Below, piece after piece: positions 8,842 through 16,781 of a stretch of DNA of 21,602 nt (position 1 is the stretch's first letter; the number at the start of each line of letters is the position of its first letter). Origin of the DNA: Nannocystales bacterium. GTDB taxonomy: Bacteria; Myxococcota_A; Polyangia; Nannocystales; Nannocystaceae. Location: contig JBOEGF010000068.1 of the NCBI GenBank assembly GCA_050633305.1, positions 159-21,760 of the forward strand. Reading direction: 5' to 3'. A program made the position numbers and the translations under genes. The notes beneath the pieces are model-generated. The model saw nothing but the letters and a program-made list of their open reading frames with translations, did not search any database and was not told the DNA's origin.

Positions 8842-10167
8842 ATGCGCGTGCCCGTGGTGACGCAGCATCACGAAAGCCCGTTCGATCGCGTGGAGACGCT
8901 CGCTACGGGTGTTCGGCTGCTTGTCGAGGAGGGGCCTGATGTGGGAGCGGAGTTCGTCTTGAATGGGCTTGTCGTGTCGGGCGGTCGGGGGGCCGGGCAG
9001 GATGTTCGACTGATCGACCCGTTGGTCAGTGAGGCCCACTTCGAGCTAAGGGTGTCCGAGCAAGGGCTTGCTCTTCGAGACCTTGGTTCCCGAAACGGAA
9101 CCTGGGTGGGGCGGGCGCGGCTTCTGGGGGCCGTCGAACTCCGTGAGGGCGCCTCGTTCTTCGTCGGCGAGAGCCGGGTTCGGGTGATGGCGATCGAGCA
9201 GGGGAACGTCTCTGTGGCGAGGGGCGATTCGCTGTGTGGGATGTATGGACGCAGCGTCGCGATGCGAAGGCTGTTTGCCTTGTTGAGAAAACTGGCGCCT
9301 ACGGATCTTGAGGTGTTGATCGAAGGCGAGACAGGGGTCGGAAAGGAAGGGGCAGCACGTGCGCTTCACGATCTCTCTGGCCGGAAAGGACGGTTCCTGG
9401 CGTTGAACTGCGGGGCGGTGCCGAGGGAACTCGCAGAAGGCGTCCTGTTCGGTCACAAGAAGGGGGCCTTCACGGGGGCGAGTGAGTCTGCGGGGGCTTT
9501 CGAGTCAGCCGATGGTGGGACCCTGTTTCTGGACGAAATCGGGGAACTTCCCATCGATCTGCAGCCGAAGCTCCTTCGCCTCATTGACCAGCAGGAAGTT
9601 GCTCGCATTGGCGAACACGAGGCTAGAAAGGTGGAGGTTCGGGTCGTCTGTGCGACGCATCAAAACCTCGGGCGGATGGTCTCGGAAGGGAGGTTCCGCG
9701 AGGACCTCTTCTACCGGATCGCAACGATGCGCATCGAAGTCCCTGCCCTTCGAGATCGTCGGGATGACATCGCCGGGTTGGCGAGCTTGTTCCTGCGCTC
9801 CCACGCTGAAGGCAACGGCCGCAAGTTGATGCTGTCTGAAGATGCGGTCGACGAGCTAGAGCAGCTGGAGTGGCCGGGCAACATTCGGCAGCTCAAGGCG
9901 GTCGTGCGGCGTGCTGCGTACCTGGTTGATGGCGACGAGATCACAGCGAGCGCGCTCCGAGGCCTTGGGGATCGGGAGGTGGGAGCGCGCGATGGGGTGA
10001 GTGGCGGCCTGCTTCCGTTGCGTTGCGCCACCGACGGGTTCCAGCGCGAGTATTGCGAGAATCTGCTGCGGTTCACCGAAGGCAACCTTGAGAAGGCGGT
10101 TGAAATCGCCGACTACTCAAAGCGGGGGTTCTTGGAGTTGCTCAAGAGGCTTGGAGTCGCTCGGTAG
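8842..10167 (+). CDS. FHA-domain sigma-54-dependent enhancer-binding protein (FHA-AAA+-Fis-type HTH)
   Basis: FHA motifs 'GR..QDVRLIDPLVSEAH..RDLGSRNGT'; Walker A GETGVGKE; GAFTGA; LFLDEIGEL; FREDLFYR; WPGNIRQL; C-terminal helical HTH-like 'GNLEKAVEIA'. Start uncertain (8812/8842/8857). Confidence 0.93.
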   Translation: MRVPVVTQHHESPFDRVETLATGVRLLVEEGPDVGAEFVLNGLVVSGGRGAGQDVRLIDPLVSEAHFELRVSEQGLALRDLGSRNGTWVGRARLLGAVELREGASFFVGESRVRVMAIEQGNVSVARGDSLCGMYGRSVAMRRLFALLRKLAPTDLEVLIEGETGVGKEGAARALHDLSGRKGRFLALNCGAVPRELAEGVLFGHKKGAFTGASESAGAFESADGGTLFLDEIGELPIDLQPKLLRLIDQQEVARIGEHEARKVEVRVVCATHQNLGRMVSEGRFREDLFYRIATMRIEVPALRDRRDDIAGLASLFLRSHAEGNGRKLMLSEDAVDELEQLEWPGNIRQLKAVVRRAAYLVDGDEITASALRGLGDREVGARDGVSGGLLPLRCATDGFQREYCENLLRFTEGNLEKAVEIADYSKRGFLELLKRLGVAR

Positions 10168-10290
10168 GGAGGAAGCGTTCTTCCTCGGAGGAAGCGTTCT
10201 TCCCCGGAGGAAGCGTTCTTCCCCGGAGGAAGCGTTCTTCCCCGGAGGAAGCGTTCTTCCCCGGAGGAAGCGTTCTTCCTCGGAGGAAGC
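10168..10290. repeat. Tandem array of a 19-bp palindromic unit GGAGGAAGCGTTCTTCC(C/T)C, 6 full copies plus a 9-bp partial
   Basis: Units start at 10168, 10187, 10206, 10225, 10244, 10263; partial at 10282. No spacers. Units 1 and 6 carry the perfect inverted repeat GAGGAAG-CGTT-CTTCCTC. Confidence 0.97.
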
Positions 10291-10484
10291 CGTAAGTCCC
10301 TGGATTCCCACAGGCGGTTGTTGCGGACCGAGAGTTGCTCTGTGTGTCGGTGTGTTCGTCGGACGCATGAAGCAACGCAGGGTAGGGCCTCTGGTACGAG
10401 GGGGGCGACGAGTCGCTCGGTGTTGTCTGAAGAAGGCCGAGGATCTGGCGATCCGGGTCGCCTTTTCAATGTCTGTGGGAAGCG

Positions 10485-10817
10485 GTGAGTCGGCAGCAAA
10501 TGCGCTTCGCTGGATCAGGCAGGCAATTGTGGGCGCGCGTGGCTGCTGAACGAAAGGCCGCGGAGGGATGGGCGGAGCTCGAAGACGCCGTCGGTCGTCG
10601 CGACTGGGTCGTCGCGTTGGGGCTCGCCCAGGCGTTTGAAAGGGACTGGCAGGAGGTCCGGGGGTTCGTCGAGATCTTCGTCGGGCTCGGAATCGACACT
10701 TGGGCTCGTCCCATCAACAAGGCGATGAAGGGCCTGCTGGATGCTCTGTCCGAGGGTCCTGTTGACCCCGTTGTCGTTGACGGGGCTATGTCCCGGTTTC
10801 GGGTGTTGATGCCGTGA
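10485..10817 (+). CDS. Hypothetical helical protein (~110 aa)
   Basis: Natural-looking amphipathic composition; GTGA overlap with the next ORF; start uncertain. Confidence 0.55.
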   Translation: MSRQQMRFAGSGRQLWARVAAERKAAEGWAELEDAVGRRDWVVALGLAQAFERDWQEVRGFVEIFVGLGIDTWARPINKAMKGLLDALSEGPVDPVVVDGAMSRFRVLMP

Positions 10818-11098
10818 TGCCGTGCGATGTCCCAAGGGGAACCGTCAGTTGCGGGCCGCTGCGACGAGAACCTGATGGGTCGTGGTTCTACGGCTCTGCT
10901 TTTCTCGGCCGAGACGGAGACCCACAGCGAGCGGTGGTCGAGCTGAGCGAGCGGGTGGGGTGGGTGGCGATGAGGCTCGCGGAGGCGCTGGACCTGGCTT
11001 GCCACGAGCTGCGAAAAAATGGCGGCGAGGCAGAGCTTCATCATGCTCTTTTGGCGCTCAGTCGCTTCCACCGATGGCAGGCGACGGGGTCGTGGTGA
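10814..11098 (+). CDS. Hypothetical protein (~94 aa)
   Basis: Overlaps the upstream stop codon; plausible composition; no recognised motif. Confidence 0.5.
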   Translation: MMPCDVPRGTVSCGPLRREPDGSWFYGSAFLGRDGDPQRAVVELSERVGWVAMRLAEALDLACHELRKNGGEAELHHALLALSRFHRWQATGSW

Positions 11099-11153
11099 AC
11101 GTGGTAGCTATCGATGGGGAGCTTCCTGGGCTTCTGGATGGTGAGTCGACGCA

Positions 11154-12197
11154 GTGAGCGCTCAGAGCCAATGCTGCATTGTTGCCCATGGGGCGCGGAC
11201 TCCGGTGGGGCTGAGTGCACCGTCATCCGCTGCTGCGGTGAGAGCTGGGATATCGCGGCTCGGAGGCCATCCGCGTTTCTACGACATCGACGGAGAGGCG
11301 TTTGTCGTTGGGATGGATCGGACGCTCGATGAGTTCGACTCCCGCAGGCGTATGCTCGCGCTTGGCATCGCTGCGCTCAAGGAGTGTCTCGCGGAGCTTC
11401 CTGTGTCGCAGGGGGTTGCTGTCCCGGTTTTTATTGGGGTCCGAGATGCAGCACTCGGTTTCACGAAGGCCGACTCCGAGTGGTTGGCGAGCGGTCTCTC
11501 TCGTGCAGTGGAGTCGCGGTGCAAGGCCCAGGTTCGCGTTGTTACAGGGGGGAGTGCCGCTGGTCTTGTTGCTGTTCAACAGGCAAGGCTGGTCGTCGAG
11601 TCGGGAGCTGTGCAGCTAGCGATCGCCGGAGGCATTGATTCTCATCTCGACCCGGTGTTCCTCGAGCGCCTCGATGAAGCAGGGCGCTGCAAGTCGGTCG
11701 GGAACAAGTGGGGATTCCCTCCCGGTGAGGGGGCTGGGATGCTGGCGATTTGCTCGTCGTCTGTGGCTCGGGCGATCAGGCGACCGTCTCTGGCCGACAT
11801 CGTGTCCGATGGGATCGCGATCGAGCCAGCGTTCTACGGCAGCGACCTTGTTTGCACGGGGGAGGTGTTGACGAGCGCGATTCATGACGCGCTCGGGTGT
11901 CTCTCATGGCCGTCAGAGGCAGTCGCGACGACCTACTGCGACATCAACGGCGAGTTCCACCGCACGGAGGAGTTCATGTACGCGACTCAGCGCTTGCCCG
12001 CCAACGCATTCCGGGCGGTCGAGACCTTTGTGGCGCCGGCTGACTGTTGGGGGGATGTGGGCGCAGCGTCAGGGCCTCTTTTTGCGGCCCTGGCCATCGA
12101 GTCCGGTCGTCGTGGATACTCCAAGGGGCCCTATGCTCTGCTGTGGGCTGCGTCGGATAGCGGGCAGCGGGCAGCTCTTCTCCTTCGCATCCCATGA
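11154..12197 (+). CDS. PRK06147-like thiolase/beta-ketoacyl-synthase-fold T6SS accessory protein
   Basis: 'GARTPVGLSAPSSAAAVRAGISR', 'GGIDS', 'PGEGAG', 'DINGEFHRTEE', 'PADCWGDVGAASGP'; 'GGSAAG' where KS enzymes have the catalytic Cys; adjacent to DUF4150 and DUF2169 genes. Confidence 0.88.
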   Translation: MSAQSQCCIVAHGARTPVGLSAPSSAAAVRAGISRLGGHPRFYDIDGEAFVVGMDRTLDEFDSRRRMLALGIAALKECLAELPVSQGVAVPVFIGVRDAALGFTKADSEWLASGLSRAVESRCKAQVRVVTGGSAAGLVAVQQARLVVESGAVQLAIAGGIDSHLDPVFLERLDEAGRCKSVGNKWGFPPGEGAGMLAICSSSVARAIRRPSLADIVSDGIAIEPAFYGSDLVCTGEVLTSAIHDALGCLSWPSEAVATTYCDINGEFHRTEEFMYATQRLPANAFRAVETFVAPADCWGDVGAASGPLFAALAIESGRRGYSKGPYALLWAASDSGQRAALLLRIP

Positions 12198-12207
12198 ACG
12201 AGGAACG

Positions 12208-12585
12208 ATGAAAGTAGCCGTCAACGCACCAAAGACGCCTGTCACGAAGGGGAGCAGCGGGCTCTCCACGGCAACAGTGCCGAACGTCTGCAAGATGCCA
12301 GGCCCCCCTGCTCCGTTTGTTCCGGCGCCACTGCCCAACCTGGGGAAGTCGGGAGACTCACCGAAGGGGTATACGAAGAAGGTGAAGGTTCAGGGGAAGC
12401 CCGCTGCGATCAAGGGGGCTTCGTACAAGAGCATGGGAGACGTCGCGAGCAAGGGGACGGGGGGAGGGCTTGTGAGCGCGCAAACCCACGGGGTTACGAA
12501 ATTTGTAGCCCCGGGTTCGATGGACGTGAAATTCGAAGGCAAAAACGTTCACTTGCTCGGAGACGCCACGACCAACAACGGGTAG
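12208..12585 (+). CDS. PAAR-like DUF4150 spike-tip domain (125 aa; ends at an in-frame TAG)
   Basis: ATG 12208 with GAGGA RBS; 'TPVTKGS.G....PNVCKMPGPPAPFVPAPLPN', 'SMGDVASKGTGGG', 'GSMDVKFEGKNVHLLGD'. Confidence 0.88.
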   Translation: MKVAVNAPKTPVTKGSSGLSTATVPNVCKMPGPPAPFVPAPLPNLGKSGDSPKGYTKKVKVQGKPAAIKGASYKSMGDVASKGTGGGLVSAQTHGVTKFVAPGSMDVKFEGKNVHLLGDATTNNG

Positions 12586-12591
12586 CGAACC

Positions 12592-13179
12592 ATGGCAGCT
12601 CCAAACTCGGCGGCGGCGATCACTGCGCAGCTCACAGCGATGGCGGGCGGGCTTCCTCCGCTGGATATCAAGTGTTCGACCGCTCCGGCGGGTAACACCG
12701 AGAAGATGGACGACTGCGAGAAGGAGCAGATCTGCCAGAAGTGCGCCGATGTCAACGATCAGGCATCAAAGGGGAAGCTCAAAAGAGGCGCTTCTGCCGA
12801 TGACCGGGATGCTGGGAACAACGCGGCGAAAACGTTCAAGCGTCGGCAGGGGATGCGGTTGCGCGGGAAGGGGCCGCGCGGGAAAAAACTGACGCGCAAG
12901 GTGAGCCCGAGTGGGTTGAAAAAATTCACCTCCGACTGTGCCTTCGACAATTGGAAAGAAGGGCGTCCCCCGCCTCGTCCCGGACCGAACCCTAAAGCTG
13001 ATCCTAAAATGCCGGGGCTGAGCGCCGATCATATTCACGAGATTCAGCTTGGAGGGTCCGCGACGTCGTCACGTAACCTGCGGATGATGTCGAGCAAGGC
13101 GAACGAATGGGTCGGTCGCACTCTCCAAGACTACGACCCCGCGAAGCACCAGGGGGTCAAGCCAGACTGTTGCAAGTAG
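12592..13179 (+). CDS. HNH-type nuclease toxin domain (probable C-terminal part of a DUF4150-toxin)
   Basis: 'ADHIHEIQLGG....NLRMMSSKANEWVG' HNH motif; basic and Cys-containing; same frame as DUF4150; followed by immunity genes. Confidence 0.8.
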   Translation: MAAPNSAAAITAQLTAMAGGLPPLDIKCSTAPAGNTEKMDDCEKEQICQKCADVNDQASKGKLKRGASADDRDAGNNAAKTFKRRQGMRLRGKGPRGKKLTRKVSPSGLKKFTSDCAFDNWKEGRPPPRPGPNPKADPKMPGLSADHIHEIQLGGSATSSRNLRMMSSKANEWVGRTLQDYDPAKHQGVKPDCCK

Positions 13180-13187
13180 AGAAGCTA

Positions 13188-13712
13188 ATGAAAGATCCAG
13201 ATGTTCAAACCCTGGTTTCGGAGTTGCGCGGCGCGTTTTCTCGACTGGAAGTCCTTATGTTCGACGAGGACTACGCGGGGATTCTTGGCGAAGGGTGTTC
13301 TTCCGCTCAGATCGATGAGGCATCTCGGGCTCTCGGGAGGGCTTTGCCCCCGAGCTATCAGGCGTTCTTGGAGATGCACGACGGGTGGACAGACTTCATC
13401 GGTGAGGCGCCCTTGCTGGCTGTCGAGGACCGTAGGGGCGATGTGTTTAAGCGCCGGGTGAAGGAGATCGGCGACCACTTGAGGTCGTTTGGTGACCATG
13501 ACTTCGTGCCGCACGCGTTCTTTCTCCTCGCACATCCGGACGTGTCCACAGTCCTCTATCTCGACAAAGAGAAGCCGACCGAAGGCGGGGAGCTTGAGCT
13601 GGTTGAGTACTCTCTCCGTGAGAACGAGCTTGGGCGGTACTCAAGCTTTGCTGAGTATCTGAAGGGCAGACTGAAGGTGACCCAGCGTTTGATCGCCCGC
13701 GAGGAGGGGTAG
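13188..13712 (+). CDS. SMI1/KNR4 (SUKH) family immunity protein (174 aa)
   Basis: 'GCSSAQIDEASRALGRALPPSYQAFLEMHDG' and C-terminal 'YSSFAEYL'; ATG 8 bp after the toxin stop. Confidence 0.88.
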   Translation: MKDPDVQTLVSELRGAFSRLEVLMFDEDYAGILGEGCSSAQIDEASRALGRALPPSYQAFLEMHDGWTDFIGEAPLLAVEDRRGDVFKRRVKEIGDHLRSFGDHDFVPHAFFLLAHPDVSTVLYLDKEKPTEGGELELVEYSLRENELGRYSSFAEYLKGRLKVTQRLIAREEG

Positions 13713-13718
13713 GGGGGG

Positions 13719-14669
13719 GTGAGCGCGGCTGTCCTTCATCCTCGAATCCGGGCACCGGTCGTTGAAAAGGGGAACGTCGTGTCGCAGCTCGTTCTCGATC
13801 TGACCGTGTATCTGGTCGAGCCGTCTGTCGACGAGTTCGATATGATTTTCGACCTGTACCAACAGGTGTGCCCAAAAAAGCGGATCGTGGCCTATGCGAT
13901 GGACGAGACCGTCGACTGGGATGACGTCGAGTCGCCGATCCTCACTCGCCGAGGTCGAGATGCTGAGCGACTCGGGATCCCATTTCCGTTTGTGGAGGTC
14001 GTTCGCCAGAGGATTCGGGATGGCCGAGATTTTTCGTTTCAGCTTTGGGATGCGTGCGATGTCGATAGCTTCGCGCTCAGTGTGCGCCGTGTGCGGGTCG
14101 AAGAGGAGAAGCACGCGTTTGCCCGGTTCTTGTTCCCTGTCGACACCGACCCGGCTGTTTTGAGAACGGTGGCGTCGGAACTCGCCGACGCTGTGAGGTT
14201 GTACTCGGGGCACGGCGGATACTGTCTGTCGTACGACGCGTGGCGGAAGTTTCGGGGGTTCTCGGTCAACTACGGTCGCGCGAAGAGGTGGTGGGGGCTC
14301 GACCTCGAAGATCTCAACGGCACGTTGCCTCTGATGAAGGACCGCATCAAAGGGGCGCAGTGGATTACGATTCTTGGCTCCCGATTTCTTGAGCATGTGG
14401 AGGCCGTCACGCTCTTGGATACCAGGTTGAGCGAAGCGGTGACGCGGGAGCGATGCATGCACGGTGCCGTGCTGGTTGCAGGACCCCGGCCAGTGGTGGG
14501 CGACCAGCACCAGCCTGATCCCGGGCTCGATGCCTACGAGTCGGTGGCGCTTGCCGTGGAGTCGATCACGGTCGATCAACATCCCGATTTCGATGGCGAG
14601 CACTTCACGAACAACGGCGACACCGTGGGCTGGCTGAGGCGTTTCGTAGACTCAGATGGGTGGCGCTGA
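13719..14669 (+). CDS. DUF3396 / TsiV-like type VI immunity family protein
   Basis: 'SGHGGY', 'RWWGLDL', 'IKGAQWITILG', 'AGPRPVVGD', C-terminal 'WLRRF'. Confidence 0.8.
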   Translation: MSAAVLHPRIRAPVVEKGNVVSQLVLDLTVYLVEPSVDEFDMIFDLYQQVCPKKRIVAYAMDETVDWDDVESPILTRRGRDAERLGIPFPFVEVVRQRIRDGRDFSFQLWDACDVDSFALSVRRVRVEEEKHAFARFLFPVDTDPAVLRTVASELADAVRLYSGHGGYCLSYDAWRKFRGFSVNYGRAKRWWGLDLEDLNGTLPLMKDRIKGAQWITILGSRFLEHVEAVTLLDTRLSEAVTRERCMHGAVLVAGPRPVVGDQHQPDPGLDAYESVALAVESITVDQHPDFDGEHFTNNGDTVGWLRRFVDSDGWR

Positions 14670-15685
14670 TGTGGCAGATCGAAAATCACACGCCTTTTAG
14701 GGCTGCCGGGACCATCGTTGTGGACGGCCATGGGCGACGTTCGTGGGTTGTTGCGGTTAGGGGAACGTTCGACGTCACGCCTGATGGGACGGTCGAGTTT
14801 GCGGAGGAGCAGTCAGACCCTGTTCTCGCTCCGGTCTACCGGGGGAAGGATGGCGAATCGAGCCTTCTCTACGAGGCGGATGTCGTGGCAGAGAAGCCGC
14901 TCGTCGACATCCTCGTCAATGGATCAGCGTACGCGCCTGGGGGGAAGCCTGTTCGCTCCGTCCATGTGGGGCTTCGGACCTCGTTCTTCCAGAAAGCTCT
15001 GACGGTCGTGGGAGATCGAGTGTGGGAGGGCGTCGTGCCAACGCCGAGCGAGCCGCTTCCGTTCGCGACGATGCCCGTCATTTACGAGCGAGCGTTTGGC
15101 GGGTTCGACCAGTCGAATCCAGACCCCATGCATCAGAAGATGTTCGCTCCGAACCCGGTTGGGGTAGGGATCGCGACGAGACGGGGGGACCTGGTTGGCA
15201 AGCCGGTCCCAAACGTCGAGATACCCGGTGTTGGGCCACGAGAGGGCTCTAGGGCGGCGGGGTTTGGGCCCGTGTGCAGCTACTGGGCTCCGCGGGCGAA
15301 GTTTGCCGGGACTTACGATGCAAAATGGTTTGCCGAGCGGAAGCCGTTCGTTCCCGAGGACTACGACCCTCGCTTCCTCTGTTGCGCGCCGGATGACCAG
15401 CAGGTGAGCGGCCGGTACGAAGGGGGCGACCGTATTGACGTCGTGAACATGAGCCCCGAGGGCGTGTTCGGGTTCGAGGTGCCGCGGATCACTCTGGGGT
15501 TTAGTTCCTATTTTTCGACCGGTCGGGGTCCACAGGCTGTGGAGCACCATCGGGGAGCGCTCAGGACCGTCATCGTTGAGCCTGACAAGAGGCAGTTCAT
15601 CCTCGTGTGGCAGACGACGCTGGAGTGCCACGCGAAGATCGAAAACCTTGATGAAACGGTGGTGCGGATTAAGCGGAGGGTTTGA
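14669..15685 (+). CDS. DUF2169 family T6SS adaptor/chaperone (338 aa)
   Basis: ATG 14669 in a TGATG overlap; 'ENHTPF', 'WVVAVRGTF', 'KPLVDILVNGSAYAPGG', 'VVGDRVW', 'YERAFGG', 'NPVGVG', 'AGFGP..W.PR..AGTYD..W', 'APDDQQ'. Confidence 0.92.
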   Translation: MWQIENHTPFRAAGTIVVDGHGRRSWVVAVRGTFDVTPDGTVEFAEEQSDPVLAPVYRGKDGESSLLYEADVVAEKPLVDILVNGSAYAPGGKPVRSVHVGLRTSFFQKALTVVGDRVWEGVVPTPSEPLPFATMPVIYERAFGGFDQSNPDPMHQKMFAPNPVGVGIATRRGDLVGKPVPNVEIPGVGPREGSRAAGFGPVCSYWAPRAKFAGTYDAKWFAERKPFVPEDYDPRFLCCAPDDQQVSGRYEGGDRIDVVNMSPEGVFGFEVPRITLGFSSYFSTGRGPQAVEHHRGALRTVIVEPDKRQFILVWQTTLECHAKIENLDETVVRIKRRV

Positions 15686-15692
15686 CGGAAGG

Positions 15693-15780
15693 GCTCCGCG
15701 GGGGAGTGCTTCGGTCACGTTTCGCCGTTAAAGCGTGATCGAAGCCGAGGCGGAAACGTGACCGAACGGCGGAGCGGAGC
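15693..15780. other. Long intergenic inverted repeat (hairpin) after the DUF2169 gene
   Basis: TTCGGTCACGTTTC (15710-15723) / GAAACGTGACCGAA (15753-15766) perfect 14-bp arms, plus outer GCTCCGC/GCGGAGC arms; no U-tract. Confidence 0.75.
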
Positions 15781-15828
15781 GGTCGAGTCTCGGGGTCGAC
15801 GTCGGCGCTGGGCGTCGTACGCTGGGGC

Positions 15829-16050
15829 GTGGACAAGGCCGCGGAAGATCTGCGCGAGGCGATGGATCGGTACTTCCGGGTGCAGGCCGTAGCGTTCGTG
15901 CGGCGGAAGGCGAAGGGGCCGGCCGATCCTGGTTTCGAGGCGTTGACCGACGACGAGCTGGGGGCGTTGGAGGAGCTGGTGTCCGCGATCGAGGACGTTC
16001 GCGAGGCGCAGGCCACCTGGGTCGCGGCCGGGCGGCCGTCGCTGGGATGA
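15829..16050 (+). CDS. Small hypothetical helical protein (73 aa)
   Basis: High-GC3 codon usage and a natural amphipathic pattern. Confidence 0.55.
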   Translation: MDKAAEDLREAMDRYFRVQAVAFVRRKAKGPADPGFEALTDDELGALEELVSAIEDVREAQATWVAAGRPSLG

Positions 16051-16096
16051 GCGTTTTGGCTTTTAAACGGGATCGCCGGATGCGATCATGGTCGTC

Positions 16097-16781
16097 ATGA
16101 CGCAGCTCGCGATCGACTTCTCCGCGCCGGTGCGTTCCTCGAGGTCCGTCGGCGAAGGGCGCGGCGTCCGGGAGGCCATCCTCTATAGAGGCGGGGCGGG
16201 ACCTGCCGCCCGAGGTCTACACGCGGGACGAGGTACAGCGGTTGCTCGGCGGGCCGCTGGGGCGCAACGAGAAGACGCAGACGCGGAACCGAGCGCTGTT
16301 GGTGGTGATGTGGCGGGCGGGGCTGCGGGTGAGCGAAGCGCTCGACCTGCGGATGGAAGACCTGCGGCCCGACGAGGGGGGTGTATGGGTGCGGCGAGGC
16401 AAGGTCGGCAAGCCCCGGCTCGCGGGGATGGACCCGGAGTCGTTCGAGGCTCTCGGGCCGTGGCTCGGTCTGCGGACCAAATTGGGCCTCGGTCCCGGTG
16501 GGCCGGTCTTCTGTACCTTCACCGGCAATGCGGTGCAGCCGAGCTACGTGCGCCACATGTGCCGGCGGCTGCGATCGAAGCTGGGGCTGTCGAAGCGGGT
16601 GCACGCGCACGCTCTGCGGCACACGCATGCACATGAGTTGTTTCGCGAGGGCGTGGCTGAGAAGCTGAGCCAAGTGCAGCTCGGGCATGCGTCGTTGGAA
16701 TCGACCGACAAGTACCTGCGCCGTATCGGCGCCAACGAGGCCGTGGCGGTTGTTCGGGCGCGGGGTTGGTCCCATGGGTGA
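16097..16781 (+). CDS. Small catalytic-domain-only tyrosine recombinase; 5' end apparently frameshifted or using a non-canonical start
   Basis: Complete R-K-HxxR-H-Y set: AGLRVSE, RRGKVGK, HALRH, QLGH, TDKY. The frame is open upstream of TTG 16242 ('GRDLPPEVYTRDEVQRLL') back to TGA 16098-16100 with no ATG/GTG; ATG 16088/16097 (MTQLAIDFSAP) lies in another frame. Confidence 0.85.

Noticed and set aside
8724..8843. Longer N-termini given by the ORF track (starts at 8843, 6825, 3712, 1982, 11884, 13107, 16687, 20691)
   Set aside because: The extensions overlap neighbouring genes or the promoter and read as non-protein-like; internal ATGs give coupled overlaps, RBSs or signal peptides.
10168..10290. 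CRISPR array
   Set aside because: Palindromic repeats are directly abutting with no unique spacers, and there are no cas genes in the window.
10392..10407. Second sigma-54 promoter TGGTACGAGGGGGGCG
   Set aside because: GG-N10-GC spacing fits, but the -12 element lacks the pyrimidines before GC; a chance match is likely in GC-rich DNA.
11154..12197. Fatty-acid/polyketide biosynthesis gene
   Set aside because: The catalytic Cys motif is absent, and the DUF4150/DUF2169 context indicates the T6SS-associated thiolase-like family.
12583..12585. Pyrrolysine or alternative genetic code at the TAG
   Set aside because: TAG is used as a normal stop by several neighbouring genes (10167, 13179, 13712), and no pyl genes are visible.
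16097..16781. Integron integrase with attC cassettes
   Set aside because: Too short, lacks the IntI-specific insertion before HxxR, and the nearby hairpins lack RYYYAAC/GTTRRRY ends.
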